Virus record (IMG/VR): IMGVR_UViG_3300037336_000025
Span: 64,001-128,000 of that record
From: a virus
Direction: 5' to 3' (one strand)
Length of the DNA stretch: 64,000 nt
Shown here: piece by piece, positions 37,801 through 48,178 of the stretch
Numbering within the stretch: the first letter of the stretch is position 1
Layout of the letters: each line of letters begins with the position of its first letter
Position numbers and translations under genes: made by a program
Notes under the pieces: generated by a model
Databases searched by the model: none
The model's input: only the letters and a program-made list of their open reading frames with translations
Told to the model about the DNA's origin: nothing

Positions 37801-40401
37801 CTAGCAACTAATGATCCAAACGCACAATCTAATTATCTAGGCATGAGAATTGTGTTAACTAGCGGACCAGGTACTGGACAATATGGTTACGTAACAGCTT
37901 ACAATAATACAAGTAAAGTTCTCACAGTTTATAGAGAAAGTGACGATCAGCCCGGCTGGGATCATGTTGTTCCGGGAAAGCCAGCAACTATACCGTTAAC
38001 TACTGGAACTACATATCGAATAGAGCCAAGAATTATCTTTGCAGCTCCTCAGTACATTGCTGCTGAAGTTACTACTCCTGTTAGTACTACTTGGACTGAT
38101 ATTGCCTACGGTGAAACTACTGAAACATATACAGAGTTAACAGCCGGTACAGGCACTGGCGGTGTCGATGGTAGTGATGGCCTAGTAGTAACTGCCGCAA
38201 CTTTTACTATTACTAAAATTGGAAGAGATTACACTGTTGATATTGCAACGGCAGGTTCAGGGTACCTTGTTGGCGACCAGTTAATAATTACTGGAGAAAA
38301 AATCGGCGGAGAAACTCCATTAAACGATTTGTTACTTGTAGTAACTTCTACTAGTGATGACAGCACTAACTCAATTTTAGCTATTGATCAGAGAACATTC
38401 GGAGCAGGAAACGGCATCGAAGCATCAAGCGGTAAATTTGTTGTTATCTCGTCAGGCGGAACAGCAGGCCTTTATAGCGGCGACGGAGACACATGGGAAT
38501 CATTTACTTTACCTACTGCGGGAGACTGGAAATGTACAGCCGCAGGCGATAACAAATTTGTAGCCATCCGTACAGGAAGTAATGCCGCAGCTAGTTCATT
38601 GGACGGAATAACATGGACTGCTAGAACGATGCCAGCAAGTAGGCTTTGGAACTCAGTTGTTTACGGTAACGGTATATTTGTTGCAGTTGCTGGTGATTTA
38701 GATGCAGGAGCTATTAGTACTAACGGAACTACTTGGACATCAACTAATTTACCAGAATTTGGCGACTCAAGTTTTAGCGAATGGGTTGACATAGCCTACG
38801 GCGCAAGAAAATTTGTAGCATTGTCAAATAGTGGAAACTATGTTGGAATTGGAGTATATAACAGTGAAGACGGTATTATTACATGGACTCCTCGCACAAT
38901 GGATGTTATTGCTGACTCATCTAACAAGTCTTGGCAAAGTATTGCATATGGCAATAATAGATTTGTGGCAATATCATCTACTGGTGACGTCGGATACAGC
39001 TTTGATGGAGTAGAATGGTATCCAGGAACGATGCCAAGTCAGGACGGATCAACTTCACACAATTGGAAGAAAATTAGATACGCCCAAGGCGTATTCTTTG
39101 CTATTGGCGATACTGGAGCACGATTAGTCGGCGCTGATGCTACTGCAGGACCTACAACTTTCGCAGCAACATCATTCGACGGCATAGTTTGGACTAACAG
39201 AGAATTAGCATCAGAGCAATCATGGGAAGCAGTTGGCTTTGGAAATCCTTACATTGCGTCAAGAGACTCGTCTATAGGAAAACGTTCACCAATGTGGGTA
39301 GTAGTTCCTGCGGCTACTGATAAATTTAACAAAGTGTTAACAGGAGCTAGAGCGTTAGGAAGAGCAACTGTTGTAGCAGGTAAAATATCAGAGATTAGAT
39401 TATGGGATCCGGGATCAGGCTATCTTGATGGTCCTGCGATTACGCTAATTGATCCAAATAATACATCTGATGTGCTACTTGAAAGTAGAGTCGGAGACGG
39501 AGTATTACCTAATCCAACATGGATTAACCGAGGGTTGGGATATCGTACTAATTCTACTAAAATTACAATAGCTGGAAATGGATTCGCTGACCTTATTCCG
39601 TCCGGTAAATTTATTGTTATAAACGAGTTGGAAAATTATCCAGGACCTGGCGCACAGCTAACTATTGCTGGTCTCGAGGGTATTTTCACATTAGTTGCAA
39701 TTACACCAATTGGGCAAACTGATCAAGGACTTGCTGCAAGGATTCGAATTAGTCCGGAAATTACAGTTAGAGATAACCTACAACACAAGACTCAGGTATC
39801 CATTAGATCACGATATAGCCAATGTCGAATTACTGGACACGACTTTTTAGACGTCGGAACTGGCAATTTTCAAGAAACTAATTACCCACTATTATATTCA
39901 GGATTTTATACACCTTCTCCAGAAAACGAAATTGTTGAAATAGGCGGTGGCCGCGTATTCTATACAAGTACTGATCAATCAGGTAATTTTAGAACAGGCG
40001 AATTATTTGCTGTAGAACAGGCAACTGGTACTGTTACAATTAGTGCAGACTTCTTTGACTTTAGCGGATTGACAGAATTGACCTTGGGTGGTATTAGAGT
40101 AGGAGGTACTGGAGCAGTAGTTAGGGAATTTTCAACAGATCCGTTATTTACTGCAGATTCTAATAATGTAGTTCCTACACAACGAGCAATTCGTGCGTAC
40201 TTGGCAGGAAGATTAAGTATTGGTGGATCAGAAATTGCAGTGGGAAGTTTTATTGCAGGTACAGTACTAGTAGGTCCAGATAAAATGGGAAATACTGCTG
40301 GGTCAAAAATAATCTTTCCTAAACTCGCAAAATTTGAAGGCGAGTTTGCAGGCGTCAGCGGCAGTATACTAGCACAAACTATGTTTTATAAATCATTCTA
40401 A
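34822..40401 (+). CDS. Giant fibre/receptor-binding protein (1859 aa): CBM5/12-like repeats, pectin-lyase-like beta-helix, beta-propeller repeats
   Basis: Eight or so W-x5-Y-x2-(G/N)D-x-V-x-(Y/H)-x-G-x2-Y repeats; VYVNINGTD...PWRTIRFA; SPYIQGVTTFG...SIVSNDFTQVISDGIG; repeated W-x-S-I/V-x-YG-x3-FVA. Confidence 0.7.
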   Translation: MAEFKISRLRYTWKGTWVLSTEYNRDDVVQYGGYSWVCFRQHTAGAFAADQTFLANPNDTDPTPAWRKMTDGYAWRSAWTGSTLYNPGDIVLNGGNLYLCAVSYTSTSIFDDDISNWIVYTEGSAFKSDWIDSTRYGAGDVVKYNGIVYRAITGHTASSISDGLEADQEKWELVYDGVEYVGQWANGTRYRKNDLTTFGGTLFRCKKGHTAGSDSTLNFNQEENWEIEFPGFQFSNEWNTTTVYQVGDLVKHGGYLFYSLTNNYGSNPSNSIYQLEDRVDAIDWQIAAKNINFRGDWSVTGLYKTGDLVRRGGNTYSALLDTTADGSSLDYLDDTNWELITVGQNWRNFWADGNRYSPNDLVIFLGSTYKSITEHVSTDQNYPGDNGSGYFYWELVLLAGSESGLRLRGDLLTYDLSRGAAGDGSTFGAAAVNIGTPGQVVAINNTDSVIYKTFGQANRVVYVNINGTDDTSDPQQGNSQFKPWRTIRFACDQLDDGFAGTSTVKVGAGTYDEILPISVPARTVVLGSELRTTVINAAGPIASLALDSAYTIAALTRISQVIEGVIGGTELIPPKTVGNLKDQVILTETVSETVIDEYGISITSTSTGVVVADQQAATDIQLLILDIKNYINFYVNSTGIDPILVGSNVAITSAGYVNAVRILEANRQFIIAEAVAFIEFTHPDYNFDSELVKADLSRYVDAWKYDIIYTGNYKSKLAARCYRNSVLGSATEDMFYCRDTTGVRNCTLTGLAGVLNPLGVADIFRVPTAGAYISLDPGWGPADNRTWIINRSPYIQGVTTFGTGCTGQKIDGNLHNGGNRSIVSNDFTQVISDGIGAWVTNNGRAELVSVFSYYAHIGYLTQNGGIIRATNGNSSYGTFGAIASGVDLTEVPVAAAVGTRANEAIISSAFAGDFVDEIQIFEWTNAGQDYTQATATFVGAGVDAEVLFEEFRDDAVFEARRLDVSETITQDIGGGGYIIVQNNAQTGNATTITLATNDPNAQSNYLGMRIVLTSGPGTGQYGYVTAYNNTSKVLTVYRESDDQPGWDHVVPGKPATIPLTTGTTYRIEPRIIFAAPQYIAAEVTTPVSTTWTDIAYGETTETYTELTAGTGTGGVDGSDGLVVTAATFTITKIGRDYTVDIATAGSGYLVGDQLIITGEKIGGETPLNDLLLVVTSTSDDSTNSILAIDQRTFGAGNGIEASSGKFVVISSGGTAGLYSGDGDTWESFTLPTAGDWKCTAAGDNKFVAIRTGSNAAASSLDGITWTARTMPASRLWNSVVYGNGIFVAVAGDLDAGAISTNGTTWTSTNLPEFGDSSFSEWVDIAYGARKFVALSNSGNYVGIGVYNSEDGIITWTPRTMDVIADSSNKSWQSIAYGNNRFVAISSTGDVGYSFDGVEWYPGTMPSQDGSTSHNWKKIRYAQGVFFAIGDTGARLVGADATAGPTTFAATSFDGIVWTNRELASEQSWEAVGFGNPYIASRDSSIGKRSPMWVVVPAATDKFNKVLTGARALGRATVVAGKISEIRLWDPGSGYLDGPAITLIDPNNTSDVLLESRVGDGVLPNPTWINRGLGYRTNSTKITIAGNGFADLIPSGKFIVINELENYPGPGAQLTIAGLEGIFTLVAITPIGQTDQGLAARIRISPEITVRDNLQHKTQVSIRSRYSQCRITGHDFLDVGTGNFQETNYPLLYSGFYTPSPENEIVEIGGGRVFYTSTDQSGNFRTGELFAVEQATGTVTISADFFDFSGLTELTLGGIRVGGTGAVVREFSTDPLFTADSNNVVPTQRAIRAYLAGRLSIGGSEIAVGSFIAGTVLVGPDKMGNTAGSKIIFPKLAKFEGEFAGVSGSILAQTMFYKSF

Positions 40402-40446
40402 ACAATAGTAATAACAGATACATAAATATAAGATACGGAGTAGAAA

Positions 40447-43400
40447 ATGGCAGAATTTAAATTAGGTAGAATTAGATTTGTATGGAAAGATGTATGGATC
40501 ACCGGTACAACATATTATGTTGACGATGTAGTTAGAAACGGCGGCAAAACCTATATTTGTACTGTAGGACACACAGCCGCTGCCGACTTCTATACCAATC
40601 TTGATTACAATCCAACAAAATGGAATCAAATGACAGACGGTCAAGAATGGAAAAGTGACTGGACTGTAGGTACATTTTATAAAGATAACGATGTTGTAAA
40701 ATACGGAGCTCTTTTATATATCTGTACAAATTCTCACACATCGGCTGCTACCTTAGCACTAGGGCTTGAAGCTAATTTGCCAGGCAATTGGGATGTATTT
40801 GCTGAAGGTACCGAGTGGAAAAACACCTGGACAATTAGTACTCGATACAAAATCGGCGATCTAGTTAGAACCGGCGCATACACATATGTTTGTAAGACCG
40901 GACATACTTCAGCAGCTACTGAACTATTAGGATTAGAAGCCAACGCCGCAAATTGGGACGAGTTTAACGCCGGATTAGAATATAAAGGCGCATGGAGTGG
41001 AAGCTCAGTACTTTACAAACTTAACGATATTGTTAAACAAGGTGCAGGATTATGGATTTGTGTAGATAAACACACTTCTACTACTAACTTCATTACTGAT
41101 AGTTCCGCGTACTGGAGTCAGTTTGTTGAGGGTGTACAATTTGAAGATAATTGGAACAGTTCAACAGTCTACCAGATAGGTGATATTGTACGTTACGGCG
41201 GCAATCAATATATTGCAATAACTAACCATTTCAATGCAACGCCTAGTACAAGTACTGCTATCTGGTCATTATTTAGTGAAGGCATTACGTTCGAATCAGA
41301 ATGGAGTAGTGCAACTGCCTATCGTGTCGGTAATGTAATTAGCCAACGCGGATACACATATATTGCCACCGCAGACAGTACAAATCAAGAACCGCCAAAC
41401 TTAACATACTGGCAAAAACTTAATTCTGGTATTTCATGGCAAGCCGAGTGGGTAGATGATGTTATATACAAATTGGGAGATGCAGTCCGTTACGGATCAA
41501 ATGCTTATATCTGTGTATTGGGTCATAAATCTGAAGCAGACGATGGATCAACTATTGGCAATGATCCACAAGGCGGCGGCAATGTAAACAGCCGTCCAGA
41601 CCAAGATATTAGTGGTACGTACTGGAATCTGTTATCTATCGGTACAGAAGTATCTGTATTAACTACTCGTGGCGATTTAGTGTACTTTGGCGGAGCAGGC
41701 CCAACTAGGTTACCAATTGGTACTGAAGGACAAGTTTTACGTGCAGGAGCAGACGATCCAGAATGGGTGTCATTAGGTGCTGCTGACCAAGTGTATTATG
41801 TTGCACCACATGGTTCCGACGCACCAAGTCCAGTACAAGGCAAAACTTTAGATAAGCCGTTTAAAACAATCCGATACGCATGTGAGCAAGTTGAAAACGG
41901 ACCACGTAACCCTAGCGCACAACGACTATTAGAACTGAACCGCGTGTTTATTCAACGTGAAGTTACTAGCTGGATTGACTATCAAGTTGCAAATGCAACT
42001 TCTGGCAGCATTTGGGAAAACTTTGTATACGAAGATGCCAAGTGCGCAAGAGATACTGGGTTCGTTGTTGACAGACTACAGTGGGATATTGGGCATGGAG
42101 GCAATTTAAAGATTAGAGCAGCAGCTCAATCTTTGCTAGGACTTTTAGTCGATGGACCATTTTCAGTAGCCGAAGAAGATGCACCATATTCTACATTATC
42201 GTCAGAAACAGCTCAAGGAATCGCAGCATATAATTATCTGCTAGTGGTTGTTGCAGCAGTGTTAGCTAACCAAGCACCTGCAGTTGCATATCAAAATGTA
42301 ACAGATGATTCTACAGCAATTGCTGGACAATTTATTGATATTACATTAGTTGCAGAAGCAGGAGTACTAACAACTATTACTTTACTAGTGGCCATTATTA
42401 CCGATGCACTAGCTAATCCTACACAAGTTGGACCGTTACCTACAATTCCTGCAAGATACGTACCGTTCACATTAATTAATGTAGCAACTGGGCAGTATCG
42501 TGAAACATTGCCAATTATTGTACCAGCAAACACTTGTATACAAGGTGACGAACTACGTTCTACTAATGCTGGTCCAGCAGGCAGCTTAGTTGATATTTCA
42601 GATAGCTACTACAGCCTTAGCTCTCTGGCACACATTAGTGGATTTATTGGCAATATTGTTACAGGCAGCACAGTCACACCGACAACCGGAAACATTGTAG
42701 CACAAAGCGCAAATTGGCCATTCGCTGATGTAGCAGAAAATGTTGCCGTTACTCAATTAGTTGACGTAATTAAGTTGCAAAGTGATTATCGCTTAGGCAC
42801 ATTGCATACTACAAATCTTATAGATCCTGTGGGCTACAATGCCGGCTATCTAGCAGGATATGGTAATGCTAGAAAATTAATTAAAGAAAACAAAAAGTTC
42901 TTGCAAGAAGAAGTAATTACGTATCTTAAAAATTCATACAGTTCTCTAGCATTTACTGGATCAATTGCTGGAAATGTGTTAACTGTTACTTCAGTTGAAA
43001 GTGGCGTGGTTACTAATGATGCATTAATTCACGGTCGAAGTGTAATTCAAGGCACACGTATCGATAAACAACTTTCAGGCGCTACTGGTGAAATTGGTAC
43101 ATACGAAGTAAGTAAGTTTCAAACAGTGACATCTACTATAATTAAAGCTGATACAAAATATAGTAGAACTGCTAATCGAAGAGATACTGGGTATGCAATT
43201 GATGCCGTGATATATGACTTAACTTACGGCGGAAACTCTCAAAGTGTTACTGCTGGTCTAGCATATTTTGATGGCGACAGTGCTGACAGTACTATTGCTA
43301 AATCAATACTTTCTGCATCATTTAAACCAGCAACACTTGCCGGACTTGCATTTTTAAAAACTAGAATGCAGGCAGTTGCACTCGGTAGCGCATTTACTCC

Positions 43401-46400
43401 ACTACAGACTGTGATTACACCGTATACTGATACAGTAGGCAGTGCAGAATCGTCAACACTTATTGGTAATAGTTTAGATGCAATTATTGAAATTATCGAT
43501 ACTGGTCCTGGCGCAGTTGGATCTACCGTAACATTATCTGACCCAGCTACTACTGACGGAGTAAGCTCTACTACTGCATTAATTGGTGCATATAGTGCAT
43601 TGAATTCAGCAGCAGCAACTATTAGAGCAAATACAATCTCCTATATTAATGCACAATATCCGGCATTAACATACGATAGTGCAAAGTGTTCAAGAGATAT
43701 TGGTATTATTCTAAAAGCTGTTGGCTACGATTTTATGCTTGGTAATGTTGCAGCTAATAATGTGTCTACTAACTTTAAATCAATTATTGCAGCACAGTCT
43801 TATTTGAGAGATAACGCTGCTGAAGTATATACTTTAGGACAAAAGGCAGTTACTATAGAAGCAATTGAGTATGCTCGAACACAGGCTATTGCTAATGTGA
43901 GTAGTGATGCAACTGCGATTGCACGTATAAACATATTGATGCCTTTGATTACTACGATTATCTACAGCGGATCAAATGAAGGAAATGTTTGTTCAACAGA
44001 ATTACGTAACAGAGATTATGCAATCTTACAACTTGAACTTAACCGATCATTTATTGTAGCAGAAGTTAATGCATATATTGCTAATACCTTTAGTGATACT
44101 GCTACCGCTGTGACTACTAACGTAATTACAATTAGCGATACTAGCTGGTTAAAAAGAAACGCTGAGATTGTATTCAGTGGCACAACATTTGGCGGGATTA
44201 CCGTAGGTACTAGGTATTATGTTCAAAGTGTAGTTAGCTCAACTACCTTTACAGTATCCACAACACGTTATGGAACTGCTGCATTATTTACTGACGATAC
44301 AGGGTCAATGGCTGTTAATTTAGCTTACAACACAGAGTCATGCGCACGAGATGTTGGTACATACATTGACGCACTAAAGTGGGATTTGAAATATACTTCT
44401 AACTATCAATCAAGATTTGCTTCACGTTATTATGCAAATGCAGTGCTTGGAAGTCTAGAAGAAGATATGTATTATCTACGTGATGGCACTGGATTACGAG
44501 ATCAGACATTAGTTGGACTAACAGGTGACATGTTAGCAGAAAATGAATTTGGCACTAGCCGCGTGTCAGCTGGAGCATATGCAAGTTTAGATCCAGGTTG
44601 GGGACCAAATGACTTCCGTACATGGATTATCAGCCGTTCACCGTATGTGCAAGGGTTAACTACATTTGGTAACGGAGCAGTAGGACAAAAAATTGACGGC
44701 GCATTGCATAATGGCGGTAACGATTCTATAGTATCTAATGACTTTACGCAGGTAATATCAGACGGTATCGGTGCCTGGATCACCAACAATGGTCGTGCAG
44801 AGTTAGTATCTGTGTTCTCATACTATGCACACATAGCATACCTAGCTGAAAACGGCGGACGAATCAGAGCTACTAATGGCAATAACTCTTATGGAGATTT
44901 TGGTTCTGTAGCAGAAGGATTCGACGATCGCGAAACACCAAACACTGCGGTAGTCGATAACGTATTGCAGTTTGTTGCAACAGTCGGTAATGTAACTACA
45001 ACTGGCGCACAGTTTATTGGTTTAGAGTTTAGTAATGCAGGTATAGACTACACTGATGCACAATTTGTACTAACGGGCGGCGGAATTAATGCTACTTCTG
45101 AAGCGGACGAGTTCCGAGACGATGCAGTTTACCAAGTTAGATTGGTGCAATTAGCAGAAGATGGGCTTAATGGCGAGTTTGGCGGCTCAGGATACCTAAC
45201 TAACTCCAACACAGCTCAAGCAGGATCTACTACGCAAATTACACTAGCTGCTACTGATAGTACAATTAGTACAGGATATATTGGAATGAAGGTAGTAATT
45301 ACTGGCGGAACAGGAGTAGGCCAGTTTGGTATCATCGATACATACAACACCGGTACCAAAATTGCCACAATAATTACCGAATCTACAGGCGCAGCAGGGT
45401 GGGAACATTTTGTAGCAGGAACTACTATTGCTTCTCCGGATGCAAGTACTACGTACACTGTTGAACCAAGATTAACGTTTACAGCACCATCATATGCTTC
45501 TGCGGCAGGAACAGGGCTTCCAACTGCTGGTACATACACTGATGTAAAATTTGCATCAGCAGTAACTACTTACCTCGGAGTTGCTGGCACAGGCGGCACA
45601 GGAACTGGCGCTACATTTAATGTTATCAAGAAAGGAACCAAGTACCTTGTAAGTATTGCCGCTGCCGGAACTGGATATGTTAGATTAAACACTCTAACAA
45701 TTGCAGGGACATCGCTAGGCGGTGTTAGCACAACCAATGATATCACTATCACTATCACAGCAATTACCAGCCTATCTGGTGCAGTACTTGCAGTTGACAC
45801 TACTGGTAGCGGAGTTGGCGGCAATTTTGTTGCATTGTTGTCAGGAAGTGCTACAGCTGAAACATCAATCGGCGGCACATGGACCTCAAGAACACTATCT
45901 GCTAGCAGAGATTGGATTGCCGCTGCATCTGGACAAGATATTACAGCTATCACCGCTGACAGTCTAGTAGCTGGAACAGCATATAAGATTACAGTATTAG
46001 GTAATTCGTTGTTCAATACAGTAGGAGCAGTAAACAACTTTGTTGGAACTACATTTATTGCCACAGGCGCTACTACAGGCACTGGAACAGTTGTAGCAGT
46101 TAATTCTATAATAGTTGCAATTGCAACTGGCTCTAACACAACTACACGCTCAGTCGATGGCGGAATTAATTGGACAGCCGGCGGAAACTTACCTGCAACT
46201 ACTACTTGGACTAGTATTGCCTACGGTGGCGGAGTATGGGTTGCAGTTGCTACGGGCGGAACTGCAAATGCATATAGCACAAACGGCGGACTAACATGGG
46301 TAGCCGGAGCAGTATTGCCTGCAAGCACTACTTGGACTAGCGTTACTTACGGTGCTGGAAAATTTGTTGCAGTAGCTTCAGGCGGAACTCAAGCAGCATA

Positions 46401-47823
46401 CTCTATAAATTACGGTTTAACCTGGGTTACGGCTGCTTTACCATCTAGCACTAACTGGAAGAGTGTTGAATTTGGCAATAATAGATTTGTTGCAGTATCA
46501 AGTACTAGCGGAACAGCAGCAGCTTTCAGCTTAGACGGCATTACTTGGGTAGCTAGCACTATTATTAGTGCTGCTTACCTGTCAGTTGCTTACGGCCAAG
46601 GAACATTTGTTGCAGTAGGCGCAGGTACAACAGCAGCTAGCTCTCCAGACGGAGTTGTTTGGACTTCAAGAACTATTAGTACAAGTAACAGTGTAGCCGT
46701 AGTATTTGGAAATACAAATAGAATTGGTAAATTTGTAACAATTAGTAACAGCGGCGCATCTAATGTTAGTGTGATAACTGCTAGCACCCGTGCCCGAGCA
46801 AGAGCGCAAGTAGCTAACGGTAAAATATTTGCAATTAATATCTTAGAACCTGGATCGGGTTATGCTTCATTGCCAACAATGACCATTACTGACCCTAACA
46901 ATATCTTCGAAGCACCATTTACAGTCAGAACAGGTAAAGGAACATTAGCCAACCCGTCATTTATTAATCGCGGAATCCAGTACGAAACAGCAAGTGCTGA
47001 GATAGGTAGTGGCGACGGATTTGCTGATAACTATCAACCAGGTAGTTTTGTTGCAGTTCGACAACTAGCAACACGTCCAGTAGCTGGATCTAACGTAGTG
47101 TTCGATGGTGTACCAGGAGTAACTTTTAAGTTAGTAAATATTGTAACTTTCCTTGGTACGAATGATGGAGAATATACAGCATTCTTACAAATAAGTCCTC
47201 AATTAACAATCAGTCAAGCTCCTGAACATTTAGAGGGTGTAACTACTAGATTGCGCTACAGTCAGGTACGATTAACTGGACACGATTTCTTAGACATTGG
47301 TACAGGTAGCTTCACAGAAAGTAACTACCCTAATGATCCATTGCAAGATCCAATACCGGGTAACGAGACGGTTGAAGCTGACGGCGGACGAGTATTCTTT
47401 ACTTCAACTGACCAAGACGGCAACTTCCGAGTTGGTAGTTTGTTTGCTATTGAGCAGTCGACTGGTATTGCTACATTGAATGCTGATGCGTTTAATATTA
47501 GTGGTCTACAGGAACTTAATCTAGGTAATGTTACACTTGGTGGCGGATCAGCAACTATTACAGAATTCTCAACAGATCCGTTCTTTACAGCAGATAGCGA
47601 TAATATTGTACCAACACAGCGAGCAATTAAAGCATTTATTGCTTCACAAATTGGTGGCGGTGGCGCATCGTTGAACGTAAATAGCGTAACAGCAGGTGCT
47701 ATTTTTATTAGCAGTAATGTAATTACTACAGTTACAGGTACACCGATTAAGATGAATGCAACTTTTGAATTCCGTGGTGGAGTAATAGGCTTACCACTAG
47801 CATTCAACTACTTTTTAAACTAA
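40447..47823 (+). CDS. Giant fibre/receptor-binding protein (2458 aa), paralogue of the 34822 ORF
   Basis: Same start (MAEFKLGRIRFVWK vs MAEFKISRLRYTWK), domain order and C-terminus (RLTGHDFLDIGTG...VFFTSTDQDGNFRVG...VPTQRAIKA); own TAAATA at 40423-28. Confidence 0.7.
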   Translation: MAEFKLGRIRFVWKDVWITGTTYYVDDVVRNGGKTYICTVGHTAAADFYTNLDYNPTKWNQMTDGQEWKSDWTVGTFYKDNDVVKYGALLYICTNSHTSAATLALGLEANLPGNWDVFAEGTEWKNTWTISTRYKIGDLVRTGAYTYVCKTGHTSAATELLGLEANAANWDEFNAGLEYKGAWSGSSVLYKLNDIVKQGAGLWICVDKHTSTTNFITDSSAYWSQFVEGVQFEDNWNSSTVYQIGDIVRYGGNQYIAITNHFNATPSTSTAIWSLFSEGITFESEWSSATAYRVGNVISQRGYTYIATADSTNQEPPNLTYWQKLNSGISWQAEWVDDVIYKLGDAVRYGSNAYICVLGHKSEADDGSTIGNDPQGGGNVNSRPDQDISGTYWNLLSIGTEVSVLTTRGDLVYFGGAGPTRLPIGTEGQVLRAGADDPEWVSLGAADQVYYVAPHGSDAPSPVQGKTLDKPFKTIRYACEQVENGPRNPSAQRLLELNRVFIQREVTSWIDYQVANATSGSIWENFVYEDAKCARDTGFVVDRLQWDIGHGGNLKIRAAAQSLLGLLVDGPFSVAEEDAPYSTLSSETAQGIAAYNYLLVVVAAVLANQAPAVAYQNVTDDSTAIAGQFIDITLVAEAGVLTTITLLVAIITDALANPTQVGPLPTIPARYVPFTLINVATGQYRETLPIIVPANTCIQGDELRSTNAGPAGSLVDISDSYYSLSSLAHISGFIGNIVTGSTVTPTTGNIVAQSANWPFADVAENVAVTQLVDVIKLQSDYRLGTLHTTNLIDPVGYNAGYLAGYGNARKLIKENKKFLQEEVITYLKNSYSSLAFTGSIAGNVLTVTSVESGVVTNDALIHGRSVIQGTRIDKQLSGATGEIGTYEVSKFQTVTSTIIKADTKYSRTANRRDTGYAIDAVIYDLTYGGNSQSVTAGLAYFDGDSADSTIAKSILSASFKPATLAGLAFLKTRMQAVALGSAFTPLQTVITPYTDTVGSAESSTLIGNSLDAIIEIIDTGPGAVGSTVTLSDPATTDGVSSTTALIGAYSALNSAAATIRANTISYINAQYPALTYDSAKCSRDIGIILKAVGYDFMLGNVAANNVSTNFKSIIAAQSYLRDNAAEVYTLGQKAVTIEAIEYARTQAIANVSSDATAIARINILMPLITTIIYSGSNEGNVCSTELRNRDYAILQLELNRSFIVAEVNAYIANTFSDTATAVTTNVITISDTSWLKRNAEIVFSGTTFGGITVGTRYYVQSVVSSTTFTVSTTRYGTAALFTDDTGSMAVNLAYNTESCARDVGTYIDALKWDLKYTSNYQSRFASRYYANAVLGSLEEDMYYLRDGTGLRDQTLVGLTGDMLAENEFGTSRVSAGAYASLDPGWGPNDFRTWIISRSPYVQGLTTFGNGAVGQKIDGALHNGGNDSIVSNDFTQVISDGIGAWITNNGRAELVSVFSYYAHIAYLAENGGRIRATNGNNSYGDFGSVAEGFDDRETPNTAVVDNVLQFVATVGNVTTTGAQFIGLEFSNAGIDYTDAQFVLTGGGINATSEADEFRDDAVYQVRLVQLAEDGLNGEFGGSGYLTNSNTAQAGSTTQITLAATDSTISTGYIGMKVVITGGTGVGQFGIIDTYNTGTKIATIITESTGAAGWEHFVAGTTIASPDASTTYTVEPRLTFTAPSYASAAGTGLPTAGTYTDVKFASAVTTYLGVAGTGGTGTGATFNVIKKGTKYLVSIAAAGTGYVRLNTLTIAGTSLGGVSTTNDITITITAITSLSGAVLAVDTTGSGVGGNFVALLSGSATAETSIGGTWTSRTLSASRDWIAAASGQDITAITADSLVAGTAYKITVLGNSLFNTVGAVNNFVGTTFIATGATTGTGTVVAVNSIIVAIATGSNTTTRSVDGGINWTAGGNLPATTTWTSIAYGGGVWVAVATGGTANAYSTNGGLTWVAGAVLPASTTWTSVTYGAGKFVAVASGGTQAAYSINYGLTWVTAALPSSTNWKSVEFGNNRFVAVSSTSGTAAAFSLDGITWVASTIISAAYLSVAYGQGTFVAVGAGTTAASSPDGVVWTSRTISTSNSVAVVFGNTNRIGKFVTISNSGASNVSVITASTRARARAQVANGKIFAINILEPGSGYASLPTMTITDPNNIFEAPFTVRTGKGTLANPSFINRGIQYETASAEIGSGDGFADNYQPGSFVAVRQLATRPVAGSNVVFDGVPGVTFKLVNIVTFLGTNDGEYTAFLQISPQLTISQAPEHLEGVTTRLRYSQVRLTGHDFLDIGTGSFTESNYPNDPLQDPIPGNETVEADGGRVFFTSTDQDGNFRVGSLFAIEQSTGIATLNADAFNISGLQELNLGNVTLGGGSATITEFSTDPFFTADSDNIVPTQRAIKAFIASQIGGGGASLNVNSVTAGAIFISSNVITTVTGTPIKMNATFEFRGGVIGLPLAFNYFLN

Positions 47824-47843
47824 ATACATTGGAGAAATAAATT

Positions 47844-48164
47844 ATGGCAACAGGAAGATTAGGAACAGCAGATTTAACAGCAGCAACTAACACTACGGTG
47901 TATACTTGCCCTGCTGATACATTTGCAGTAGTAACAGTTAGTGTATGTAATCGCGGAAGTGGTTCGGCAACAGTTCAACTGGCAATTTGTGATACCTCAA
48001 CTCCGGGTGGAGACGAGTATCTAGAATTTGATATAACTTTACTAGCAAAGGGTGTGTTAGAGCGTACTGGTATTGTACTAGATGCAGGAAAGTTACTGGT
48101 TGTAAGATCAAGTGCTATTAGCGTTAATGCAATAGTATATGGTATTGAAACCGCCACAGTTTAA
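47844..48164 (+). CDS. Small beta-sandwich structural protein
   Basis: TTVYTCPADTFAVVTVSVCNRG...GVLERTGIVLDAG; third member of the small-protein family; TAAATA at 47821-26. Confidence 0.55.
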   Translation: MATGRLGTADLTAATNTTVYTCPADTFAVVTVSVCNRGSGSATVQLAICDTSTPGGDEYLEFDITLLAKGVLERTGIVLDAGKLLVVRSSAISVNAIVYGIETATV

Positions 48165-48178
48165 AAAAGGATAATATC

